From Azolla caroliniana (Eukaryota; Plantae; Polypodiophyta), in contig JBHGNT010000021.1 in NCBI GenBank assembly GCA_043228905.1, forward strand, positions 930,001-994,000: a DNA stretch of 64,000 nt, given 5' to 3'. The notes below the pieces were generated by a model, which saw nothing but the letters and a program-made list of their open reading frames with translations, was not told where the DNA came from and ran no database searches. The position numbers were made by a program, and so were the translations under genes. Below are positions 1 to 12,251 of the stretch, piece after piece. Position 1 is the first letter of the stretch. Every line of letters begins with the position of its first letter.

Positions 1-214
1 TTAAGAGGGTGTAGACATAGACGACCGTCGACTATAATGGGTTAACTCTTTTTATTTGTACTACCAACACGATCTTTGTAGCTTTTGAAGATGTTGCTTC
101 AATGAGACAACCAACAACGATGTGCAAGATTGTGTACATATAGATATCATATCCTAGAGCCAATTCAATACCATGTCTAATTAGAAGCATCCAATATAAT
201 GTAGTGATTGTCAT

Positions 215-741
215 GTCTTTCACTTTTCCAACGGGTACATCTATCTCACTTCATTTCCATAATTTATTCCATGGTTTAGAACTGAAATTTTGGTTATTTG
301 GTGTACTATTACGTCATTAGCTCTTTGGACAATATGGAAAATGAGATGTGAGGCTGTTTTTAATAATGGTCACATACATCTCAGTACTATGCTTATTGAA
401 TTCTGTCTGTTATTTGTCCACACCATATGTGGGCAATATGATGATCTGCAAGTTTCAACTGACGGCAACGTCAAGTGGACTTTAAGAAACGGTGGCGAGG
501 ACTTCACTTATTTTCAGATACAACTTCATGTATGAAGTGGAATTATGCCATACCTTCTTCTTTATTGCATAGCTTGTAGATTGTTCTCCATTCGTTTCTT
601 ATATGATATCATTTGTTTGATTAGATGTTGGTAATAGCTTTTGTATTACAATAGAGGTGAGATAAAATGTCTCCTTCTGTTTTCTATATATACATTTCTC
701 AAGTAATATACTAAGGTGTATCTTTCTTGAAAAAAATAAAA
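215..741 (+). mobile_element. 5'-truncated L1-type LINE insertion with A-rich tail and 17-bp target-site duplication
   Basis: AATGTAGTGATTGTCAT occurs at 198-214 and 742-758. A-rich tail at 730-741. Internal ORF remnant ...LALWTIWKMRCEAVFNN matches the L1 ORF2 C-terminal motif also seen at 58159 (WYIWKARCLKVFQ). Confidence 0.85.
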
Positions 742-1585
742 AATGTAGTGATTGTCATAAAATTAAGGTAGTGAGGTAAACCAAGAGTTAGAATTTGAAT
801 GTCCCAAGTGTCATGGAAAGAGACAATTTAAACTCTCGCACCATGGATCCTGTGCTTGAATATGGTGTGACATAATGTTGAACACAATAAGATGATGATA
901 TGTACATGTAATCATGTAAAGTTATGTACCCTTCAATTTTTATCTTAATTAGGACAAAGACCCATAAATAAATACAGAAAATTGAGAAATTTGATTTAAA
1001 AGTTACGGAAAATATGCTTATTTCTTGTTGAACCACTTGACATATGCTTGATCAAGCCCTTAATCACATGAAAGTTTAAGGATAAATTATAATAGAACCA
1101 AAGGGAATAAGATATATTTAGACTAAACCTTGGCTTAACATACCATGTTGAAGTGTTTTGGTTGAAAATAGCGATAAAGGAAGATAAATGGAGGACACAT
1201 TGCTAGACTACGTGGCTTCCAATAAACGATGAACATTGAATCAGAGTTGTTTCGAGTTTTCTTAATGATTAAAGCAAACTAACCCACCAAAAACCCACTT
1301 TTTTTTTGGTCGGAAGCACGAGCAACAAAACAAGCATTTTATATAATAAAAAGCTTATCAATCCGGGAGGAACGAAGGTGCTATAAGTAGATCAACTTCT
1401 GATTGGATTCGACCAATGAAGGGGGCCCCGCTGAGGAATGGGGCGGGAGCACGAAGGTGCGTGCATCATCAAAGAATCGGGAGCTCAAATTCGCGAGAGT
1501 TTCTCGTGTGATGATCCATAAATCTTTTCATTGTGATGATGAGGAAGGAGCCCCAGGAGAAGGAAGGAGGAAGGAATGAGTACAT

Positions 1586-1830
1586 ATATGTATGTATGTG
1601 TGTATGTATGTGTGTATGTATGTGTGTATGTATGTGTGTGTATGTATGTATGTATGTGTGTATGCATATACATATGTATGTATGTATGTATCATGTATGT
1701 ATAATGTAGATGTATATTGTATAGTTTTGGCTTGTAGGGAAGCCCAAAGGAAGAAACCCTAAACCTTAAGAACAGGGGAGAGTACAGCAGACAAACAGAC
1801 ACAGACACAGAGAGAGAGAGAGAGAGAGAG
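1586..1830. repeat. compound microsatellite (TATG/TG)n and (AG)n
   Basis: Directly visible: TATG/TGTG runs at 1586-1700 and an AG run at ~1809-1830. Confidence 0.9.
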
Positions 1831-2240
1831 ATCTGAGAGAGATTTTGAGATGGAGGAAAAGGCAGAGGAGTTCAGTGGGGTCTGAAGGGAGGAAGAAAAA
1901 CACAAAAAAAAAGCAGAGAAGAAATGCTTTTACAGTGTCTGTCACTCACTCTTTTGTCTGTTCTTCCTACCATGTTTCCTTTCATCTTTAATTCTAAAGT
2001 TCCATAGCCATAGCCATTTAGCCATTTAGCCATAACCCTTCATTCCCTTCTTCATTTACTACAGTAAAATTCTCTGATCTCTGAAACTTTTCTTTCCCCT
2101 CCATATCCACATTCTTTCCTCTCTCTCTGTGTTTCTTCTATAGCGTTTTTTTTTGAAAGATTTTTCAATTTTTTTTTTTTTTTACACAATCTTCTACCTG
2201 AGACCTAACAAAAATTCAACCTACATTGATTTTCTGGCTA

Positions 2241-5200
2241 ATGCCTGGTTTCGCCATGGAACCTTCTCATCCAAGCTCCCCTGCATTCTACTCTAGGGTT
2301 AGGTCAGGTACCAACAGAAATGCAGACAATCATCACCCTCCTCCTCCTCCTCCTTCTCATCATCATCATCATCAGAATGGTCTGAGAGCATCAAGAAGCA
2401 CAAAGAGCTCAGAAAGCTTTGTTTCCAGTCCCAGGGCTCCGGCGGTGGTGAAGCATAAAGATTTCTCCGATCCTGCAGAGCAGGAATTGAACCGGCTGAC
2501 TCCGGCAAGAATCTTCACAAGGCATAATCAGAACAAAAACAGCGTGGGGGAGGATGATATGGCAGGAGGAGTTGGGGGTTCGCATACTGCGAGATCTCGG
2601 ATGAACCCTATCCATGTGAACAGAGCACAGGGGAACCAGCACCGGCGCAGCAGCAGCAACGAGAGCTCAATACCTGCTGTGACAGGCGCCATTGATCGTG
2701 AACATGACCATGATCCACATCTGGGTGCAGTCGATGAGGATCCACTAATCTCCAACCCCAACACTGAGGATCTGGGCCCCCTCCTCCTTAGATTAGCCAC
2801 TGCTCTGCACCTCTCTGGTGACAAGGACAATTCATCCAAAGCACTCGAATGTGCAACAAGGGCAGCCAAATTCCTCGAGAAAGCCACTGCCATCTCTTCT
2901 GCTTCTTCTTCTTCAGTGATCTCCTCAACTTCCAGGTTTGGTAAGCAAGCTATATCTAGCTTGGATTATGTAATGTCTCTCCATGTTCTCGCAGCAATAT
3001 ATTGCAGATCGGGTGAGTATGAAGAGGCCATACCTATCCTGGAGAGAGCCATAGCCATAGCCACAGCTACACCTGATATTGATGAAGGTGGTGTGGATCA
3101 TGCCCTTGCTGCCTTTGCTGGGTATATGCAACTAGGAGATATTCTCGCTATGACTGGACAGTATGAGAATGCTCTGGGCTTCTACCGGAATGGTCATCAG
3201 ATACAGAGTAAAGCTCTGGGTGCTATGGATCCTCGAGTTGGAGAAACTTGTAGCTATCTTGCCGAAGCATATCTTAAGGTTGTTCGCTTTACCCTAACTT
3301 ACCTCCCTTTCTGTTTCCCCCTATTGTCTTTGCTCTGTTTTCCTCTTAAATCTCTTCTCTATATACTCTCGTTTCGCATTTTCTTGTAATTTTATTTCTT
3401 TCTTTTTTCGGTCAATTTTCATGCAGTTTTTATCTGATTCAAAGCTCTTCTTTACACCTTTTTTCCCCCTCTCTTCACCCACAGATATGCCTTTTGGATA
3501 TTTTTAAAGCTCTCCATTAAGCCCCAAACCCATTTTTGTGATTTGTGTTAGGAGTTCAAATGCTCTTCTTTTCTCACAGTTCAAATGCCCATATAAACAT
3601 CAACAGTTTCCATATATTGCCCTATTTTAATGCCTTTTCTATGTTGCCTCGTTGTGATACCATTTTAGGCTCTGCAATTCCAACAAGCTGAAGAGTATTG
3701 TGAGCTTGCACTTGAGATCCATGCCATCCATAGCAGGCCAGGATCATTGGAAGAAGCCGCTGACCGGAGGCTAATGGCCTTAATATTGAGCGGGAAAGGG
3801 GATCATGAAATGGCTCTTGAGCATCTTGTGCTGGCTAATGCTGCCCTCAGATCACACCCTGGGAAGGACTTGGATGTGGCGGCTGTTGATTGTGGCATTG
3901 GTGATGCATACATGTCTTTACTCCGATTCGATGAGGCAATCTTCTCCTACCAGAAAGCTCTCACCCTATTCAAATCAGTGCATGGTGATAGCCATACGAG
4001 TGTGGCATCGGTGTACGTTAACCTTGCTGTGCTCTTTATGAAGATGCGAAAGCATAAGGAGTCAAAGAGCTATTGTGAGAATGCGTTGAGAATCTATGGC
4101 AAACCCAATGCGGGGCATTCTCCTGATGAGCTTGCCAGTGGGTTGACTGAGATTGCGTCGGTTTTTGAGAGCATGAACGAGAGGGAACAAGCTTTATTCT
4201 TGCTTCAGAGGTCTCTTGACATATTGGAAGCATTGCCAGGGCAGCAAAGTGCAGTTGCTGGTGTGGAGGCTCAAATGGGTGTTCTGTACTATTATCTTGG
4301 GAGGTATGAAGAAGCGTTCATGACGTTTAAGAGTGCAGTGTCAAAGCTAAGGTGTGGTGCTGAGAAGAGGTCACCCCAGTTGGGTATAGTGCTCAACCAG
4401 ATGGGGTTGGCATGTGTGGGATTGAATGAGATCTGGCACGCTGCTGACACTTTTGAGGAATCGCGACGAATCTTGGAAGATGTGTATGGGCCACATCATG
4501 CAGAAACATTGGCTGTGTGTAGCAACCTGGCAGGTTCATACGATGCATTGGGCAGGTATTAATCCTGAAAATGCAGAATGCACGGAAACTACACTGCTCC
4601 CATTTTCATGTTGATGTTTAGCTATGTGTAATGTTGCTTATTATGAACACACACACACACACACACGCATACACATTAATGGAGCTGATTAAGTCAGAGA
4701 GATAGATTGATTAGCCAATGGAAGCCCAGAGTCTGGATAGCTATTGTCTAGATATAATAGACCTTTGGTTAACTGGTATACTATGTAGGTCTATGTTGAG
4801 GCGATACTTATCCTTAGTGATGACGCCAACCAATTTGTTATCCATGAGCTAACAATTTTCATCTCAGACAGAGTTCCCTCCATTAATGTGTAATACAATC
4901 ATGCACCAATGGATTCGATTAGGCCACCCTTTAGATCTGTTAAAAGTATACACATAATAATACATTAATGGAGTTGATTAGGCCAACAATTAGCTACATT
5001 AATGTAACTATGATGTATGTGTGCATGTGAAACATGATATTAAGTTTGTTAACTCCATTAATATATGATGTCGTGTATATATTGCTGGTGAGGTATAAGA
5101 ATTATTGGGTGAGATATATATGCGTTTGAATTGGAAGCATTCAAAAATCTTATGTTAACGCTCACGATATTATGTTTGTGTGAAGGTCGGATGAGGCTAT

Positions 5201-5420
5201 CTCCCTCCTTGAGCATATACTTGAAGTAAAGGAAGGGAGACTGGGAACAGTACATCCAGAGGTTGAGGAAGAAAGGAATAGATTGTCTGAGCTTCTCAAA
5301 GAGGCAGGACGCCCAAGAGTTCGGAAAACTAATACCCTCGAAGAACTTCTTTTCATCTCGAATGCACAGAGCACAAGGCATCAAAACCAAAAAAATGACC
5401 AAAAAACCAGTGTAATGTAG
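2241..5420 (+). CDS. KLCR: Kinesin light chain-related TPR protein (KLCR/CMU family), 3 exons, ~719 aa
   Basis: Exons 2241-3278, 3669-4555, 5186-5420, all GT-AG and phase-consistent. Motifs: MPG start, LGPLLLRLA, SLHVLAAIYC, FAGYMQLGD, DPRVGETC, EEAADRRLMALI, SNLAGSYDALGR, RLGTVHPEVEEERNRLSELLKEAGR. Confidence 0.93.
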
Positions 5421-6684
5421 AGAGCCAGAGGGGGTTACATAGCATATCCGTGTGGAAAATGTTTTCTCAACCCTTGTATACAGCAAATGCGATGTAGGTA
5501 CAAATTAATATTTCAGCCCATCATATTTTAGCACTAAAATATTACAGGAAGGATATATACATGAATTTTTTCTTTTACATCATTCAACGATATCATTCTC
5601 TCCATATATGCACCTAAGATTCAATGCAAAACCGATGGAATTCGTTATACAGTTATATGGTGATGAGATTTGAGTACAGTAAGGCTGGATCATGGATAAC
5701 CATTGGAAAAATGACAATGCAATGAAATGTGTTACTGAGAAGACTGCAAACATGTATACCAAGTTTCGTCGAAAAGAGAAATGATGGTGTAATCAGTTAC
5801 AACATGGTTTGAATAATGACAAGGACGTAAGAAAATTGGTTCTTATTTGTATTGGAATTGAAGATGAAGTACTGAATTCCCTTTAACACCGTCTTTCCTT
5901 GAGTTGATGTGTCTGAAGCACTTAAATATTGAAACAGATTTAGAGAAGTTTTGCCGATCCTCTAGAAGTTTGGGGAATATTGAAGGTCTCTAAAGGGATT
6001 AATTAGACAGTTATGTGACCATTCCATCTAAAATTGGTGAAATCAGGGGATGTTTTCAGAGAAACATAGTATTGAACCTCATTTCTTCATCGTCCACGGT
6101 AGAGTTTACTTCAAATTGTGATTAATTTCGCTTCTTGTAGCCTTGCGACAAGTTCTTCATTCTCCTATAATAGAGCCCATTAATGCCAGAGCGATGTGCA
6201 ATTAAATCAACCATGTCAAATTCCTTTGATCACATCTTTTCATTGACAGCCTGCAGAATATTGACAGACACTCTGTAACAAGTTGCCAGCCTGAGGACAT
6301 GTAGCATTTTTGTAATGAAGTCTATATCTTATTGTAAGGGTCATGCATGTAAAGTTGAGTGATATACCCCGATTTCAGACAGTGAAGTGTTACCAACGTT
6401 TTTGTATCTTTGTACTGTAGAGTCTATCTTAAATGTAAAAACATTTCCAAGCTGAGACTTGTGAGATCTGTTTGTGCTTTAGTGTGGGCTTGCAATTTTG
6501 ATGAAGAATGATCATCAGCAGGGATATCCTCAGTTCAAATATGAGATATTGCCTATACAATACATACTAAATTGCAATTCGTCTTCTTCTCATTCTTTGT
6601 GTTGAGAGTATGATGATTCCTGCTTTCTTTGATTGCCTTATCCCATGATATGTTCACTTGACATCTTGTGTTTTGGCAACTTAA

Positions 6685-7087
6685 GTTCCAAATTGCATTA
6701 GATGCATGACATTGTTCACAAAAACTAGATTAACCCTGATACTTAAATCTAAGTCACCAGTCCTAATTTCATGTATCTAAATTTTAGTTACATGTTGACA
6801 TAACATCACATGGAACTTTGATCATAAAACACTACTTAATTACACTTAGAATCCAACAATTTACACATGTGAGTGGTGATTACATGTTCCAAATTGCATT
6901 AGATGCATGACATTGTTCACAAAAACTAGATTAACCCTGATACTTAAATCTAAGTCACCAGTCCTAATTTCATGTATCTAAATTTTAGTTACATGTTGAC
7001 ATAACATCACATGGAACTTTGATCATAAAACACTACTTAATTACACTTAGAATCCAACAATTTACACATGTGAGTGGTGATTACATG
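6685..7087. repeat. tandem direct duplication, 201-bp unit x2
   Basis: GTTCCAAATTGCATTAGATG... starts at 6685 and again at 6886. No mismatch noticed by eye. Confidence 0.9.
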
Positions 7088-9197
7088 TACCATTGTGCGG
7101 TGTTAATACTCCATTCGCAGAATGATATAGAAATTCTTACATTTTACTCTCAGAATGACCTTGACATCAATTACAAAACAATGGAGATCAACAATGTACC
7201 ACTCTAAAAGGATAGTTGTACTTGGGGGCTATGTCTTTGCCAACCATGTGACAATTGAGAATGGACATCCTTTGGATATTGCATATCTAAAGGCCTCCAT
7301 ATATGACTCGACATTTGTTCAAAAACCACCCTAAAAGTTCAAATGCTTATTAATGGCGAACAATTTGTCACACAATTTTGACTATTGATTTGTCTTTGCA
7401 AGTAGGGACCATCATTTGGCAATAAACCACATTGATTTTGTATTTAGTTCCGTTTGTGAAAAAGAAGCAATGATTTGGAGTCTACAGTTCTTTGGTGGGT
7501 CCTTTGTCCTCGTGTCTACTTGTTTGTCTTGTACTTGCCTAATGACTTTTTTATCCTTGGTTGTAATGGGAGTTGATTGAATATGTGGGATAGGGCAAAT
7601 ATGCATGTGTCTTGACACATATTAATGATTGCTAGAAACTGAAACCCTTAACTTAAGGTTGTAAGGCACAACATTATGATTATACCACTAGGTCTGTATA
7701 TTTTTAGTTTTTTTTATAACAAAACCATACGAACATGTAAGCATTACTTTTTAGGATGCTTGAAATGTCTTGTATGAGACATAAAGACAGTGGTACCACA
7801 TTAGATACTAGCATGAGATGTCTCATTAGGATTTGCTCCAACTAGACAAGTTCAGTGAATTACGAACACAAATATGTCCGTTTTAGGGGCAATGCAGTGG
7901 TTGTTGACAACTTGAGGGTATTCTTTGTAAATATCCAAAGTTAGAATGTGGCTTTGATAGAGCTGTGTTTTCCACAATGTTAAGACTTGACATGCAACTA
8001 CAATTTCAATGAATGTGTATCTTTAAAAGATGTCAAAACTGATTGGAATGACAAATTCTAATTGGTTGGCTATCCATTGACAATGTTAATTTATGTTAGT
8101 TGGCCAAAGCATTGATGTAAGACACTTAACAAATCCACATAATATTATATAGAAAATGTCATGTGTTTTTTCTTTGGCTTGCTATAAAGTAAAAATAAGT
8201 AGATAAGCTGGCATAATATTATAGAGAGACTATATGATTTAGAATGGGGAAAGACTACACAAACCACATAATATTGTAGAAAGATGATATTCCAACACAT
8301 ATGTTTGTTTGTCGATCAATATTATGTTAGTGCCACTTATCAAACTCTTCTATTCTTCCCGCCTTTAAAAGCATTCATGCCACATAACCTCTTCAAAACT
8401 GGCCTCATTTCGTGTATTGATGGCCACATACATCAATAAACCTTTAAATTTAAGGGAGCCGGTTTCGACTTTATTTATTTGTTATCTTATTGGTCTTGGA
8501 AACCTCTCTTTCCACGTGCAATCGATGATAGTGGCGCTAGAGGAACCATCGTCTTCCAAAGTTTCATTATCCCATTCATTGTGATCACAACAATCTTTCC
8601 AACACTCGCACATGTTATGTTTTATAAATTTTATTTTATGTTGAAAAACAATTGCTTATCCTCATTATGAAAGATCGCCCCTCTCCTTTACATTCTTCTC
8701 CTCCACTAATAGTGCCGCACCCAAAGTTTTCTCAAAATGATTACGTAACACTTCTAACCACACTCTCGTGTGATATCGAGGAAGACTTAGGGGTCACGAA
8801 AGAATAAATATGTAGACGTGCTATTTATTATTGCTAAATCATGAGGAATAATTGGTTACTAGCTAGGAACCCACATCGTAGATTACAATCACATATGTAT
8901 ATATATTTTTACATGTATGCATAAATGTGCATTTGCCTTATGAATCACGACATGTGCTACATTATGTTTTAGGACTGGCACTTTACAAGGATACTGGTCT
9001 ATGGGCTATAATGTCCTGTGCCAAACCGGACGAGCACTTTATAGAGCCGAGTCCTACGGATCTTTCGTCGCCATGTCTGGTCGCATTTTGAAAGGCCTTT
9101 CTTTGGGCCCGGGTGGGTAGGAGGCGGGCATGGCAATGGGCGGACATAAGATCTTTCGGATCGTGGAGCCTCCCCCATTATGACACAACTCGTTCAA

Positions 9198-9219
9198 TAG
9201 GGTTTAGGGTTTAGGGTTT
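9198..9219. promoter_or_regulatory. telo-box / interstitial (TTTAGGG)3 upstream of the SAM-domain gene
   Basis: TAGGGTTTAGGGTTTAGGGTTT, with a site-II-like TGGGCC at ~9103. This pairing is typical of plant housekeeping promoters. Confidence 0.55.
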
Positions 9220-9562
9220 CAAAGGCCCTTCCTTATCTTCTGTCGGTTTGGTCGGGCGGGCGGACATTTCGATGGACGGACATTAGGATTATGTTGTGGG
9301 CGTTTTTGTTTGGGTACTTTTCATTTCTTTGCTTCTGCTTGAAGGGAGAGGCTGCTGGGGCTGCAGATTCATCTCTCCTTTTTCTTTCTTTCTGCTTTGT
9401 TAGATTCGTGAAGAAGATGATGATGATGATCACGACTTCGATGGTGACCCTTGATCAGACAAGAAGGGAGGTAGCACGGAAGAAACGAAACACTAGAAAC
9501 GAGAAAGGAAAAGCGTATGACAGAGGATTGATGCCCTCCTCCTTCCATTGCGTAACTCTGCT

Positions 9563-11255
9563 ATGGTTCCTCCTCCTCCTCCTCCTCCTCCTTCCAAGAA
9601 ACGCAGGTCTCCGCAGCCCATTGATTTCTTCATTTGGACAACAGAGGTGAGTGGCACCTTCTTCCGTTCTTGGTCAGAAATGGTAGGGTAGGGTAAGGTA
9701 GGGTGTGTGGAGATTCCTTTTTGCTTTTGTTTCTCCTTCCCTCTGATGCACGATCTGTGTTTTACGGCCATGGACATGGGACCGGGTAGTAAATAAGGTA
9801 TGTATGGGTATGGATGTATGTTATGTGTTTGATGCCTTTATTTATGCATGTTGTGCACGCTAGGATTGAAGCAGGGTTTAAACACCATACTATAGAATGA
9901 GAAGAATTTTTGAGGATTCTTCCCATCTTAATAAGGTTATGCATGTATGCATCACAAATAGTGGTTACTTTGTTGGCCTTCCTCATTTAATTAATGGCCA
10001 CTTCAGAAAGATTCATGCTATGTTTCAGGTCGGTAGTCTATTGGCAATGAAGTTTAATTTGTTATTAAAATGCGTAACAGGGAAGATGCTATATACACCA
10101 TGGGACTTGATATTAAGCCTAGAGATAGGTCCCTTTGCATGTGAATTCCTGGTTTGCTTAGCTATGCTCGGACACTAGTACAAGAAATAAGTAAAAGTGA
10201 TGCTAGTCTCTGGCACCAACAGTATGTCAATAGGAGAAATCTAGCTTCCTGGATGAAATTATTTAAAACTTCTCTGGTGGGGAGATTCAGCAAGATTCAT
10301 GGACGGTTCAATTGGGATTTTACCACCCTTTGGAAGTTCTTTGGTCTGGTTTCAGTATGTCAAAGTTTTCCTCTAGGTTTTATGGTTAATGGCTTCTCTT
10401 CTTGTCCTCCTTCACACCACGATGTAGGCTGTTAGCTTATAAGGGTATATTCTGATCATTAAAATGCCAGTTTCATGAAATAAAGGTCAGCCCTCAAAGC
10501 AGAGAGGCTGAATTGTTTATGATTTCTTTTTCTTTTGCATTCTAGGATGTTGGTACATGGCTAGAAGATATTGGCCTTGGTGGATGCAAGGAAAAATTCA
10601 CACAGAACCATGTTACAGGGGAGTATTTGGATAACGTATCTAATTTTACTACCGATGAAATTATGAGGTTTATAAGCCAGTGCCATATGACATGGGGAGA
10701 CTTCATCAATCTCTGCAAGGAGCTACGGCGCTTGAAAGGTATCACGGTCTAACATGTATCCAGTAATGTATTCTGGATTTTCTTAAGCCTTGTGCATTAA
10801 ATCTAAGATCTTCACCAATGCATCTGTAGAGTTGGTCAATCAATCAAGCATTGTAGGTTTCTCTGGCCATGCTCAGTAATCTAAGGCCTTCATATAGACA
10901 TCATAGAGTTAGTGACGCAATAATGCATTCTAGGCTTTCTTATGCACTTTAAGCTAAGGTCTTTACCTACACATTATGGAATTAGTAACACCAATGATGC
11001 ATTCGAATCTAAGGTTTTCACCTATGCATTGTAGAGTTGGGTAAAACAAGGTCTTTAAATTAATGAGTGACAAATGTTACATCTTTTATTATACCCTTGA
11101 TTCTAGCTGAATGAATATTTGCAGTAGCATGCTTGCAAGGGGAGCAAGAAATTCGAAGACCTTGGTGGGCCCCGGCATGTTTTGATACGATGTTTGTTAG
11201 AGCAGCAAAGAGAACCAGACAGGCTCGGGTGGTATCGCTAAGATTTGACCCTTAA
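9563..11255 (+). CDS. Small sterile alpha motif (SAM) domain protein, At3g07760-like, 3 exons, ~135 aa
   Basis: Not in the ORF track. Exons 9563-9646, 10546-10738, 11125-11255 give MVPPPPPPPPSKKRRSPQPIDFFIWTTE|DVGTWLEDIGLGGCKEKFTQNHVTGEYLDNVSNFTTDEIMRFISQCHMTWGDFINLCKELRRLK|VACLQGEQEIRRPWWAPACFDTMFVRAAKRTRQARVVSLRFDP*. Splice sites are GT-AG. Confidence 0.9.
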
Positions 11256-12251
11256 TAATGGAAAAATTTGTCCATTACCTGTGACTCTGAGCCAGAATTG
11301 GTCGAACATGTTTTATTTACCCATCCTTTTCAGTTAATACCCTCATTTGTTTGTCGAACATGTTTTGATTATGTAATGAAGTGACCCCCAATCTTTGATG
11401 GATTGAATGTATAGACCTATAACGCATAAATCAAATCTAAAATTCTTTGTTTACTCATGCAGATTAATGTTCTTTTTTGGTAATAATATCAATAAATCTG
11501 TGGATATCCTTCTACACCATTTCACTTGTGACTGTGAAGCATTAAAGTTTTGAAATAGATTTAGGTCACACTAACATATATCTGCAAGAAGATGTCTGCA
11601 TGTATGGAATGGGTTATGATATCCAGACTCTAGACATTCAATAGCTAGTATATACGGGGTTTTCATGAATGCTGCATGAACTAGTGTCACTGAGCTCTAC
11701 ACATTGAGAAAATATTAGAACGTTGAAAACTCAAATATCCAAAAACCCTTATCTGGGTCACCAGTATGACCACCTCGAAATCACATTAATGTGCATTAAA
11801 CTTCACAAATATGGATGGTGATTAGATCTTCGGGTATATTTCCATTAAAGGATATCAAAGCTAGACCCTAATTAGGGCCAGAACACCAACATCACAAGAG
11901 AACCCAAAATATATGATGGGGTTTAAACTTTAATTGCATAAACAAAAGACATACTAATGAGATTCCATGTTGAAGAAATCTAAGACATACCCAATACCCT
12001 AATTGGGGTTTATGCAAAAATTCTTTATGGAAGAACACTTCATCCAAGAAGACTCTTTTGCTTCATTTTGAGGTAGTCAGAGGAACCCAAACTGCACCAG
12101 AGAAAAGAGCCTAATTTGAGTTAAAGATCTCAAAATCCCTAATATGTGCCAGATGTCCAAACACCCAAATTTGTATGTCATCCCTAATTTGGGTCCTTCA
12201 CCCCCCCCCACCCCCCCCCCCCACCAAGAAACATGAACTATATATACAAAC

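Noticed and set aside
1485-1808. 107-aa HTY-repeat ORF
   Set aside because: Translation of a microsatellite.
9198-9219. Telomere or chromosome-fusion scar
   Set aside because: Only three units in a promoter context, consistent with an ordinary telo-box.
9291-9650. 119-aa ORF upstream of the SAM gene
   Set aside because: Wrong frame for the conserved PIDFFIWT motif and low complexity. The real CDS starts at 9563.
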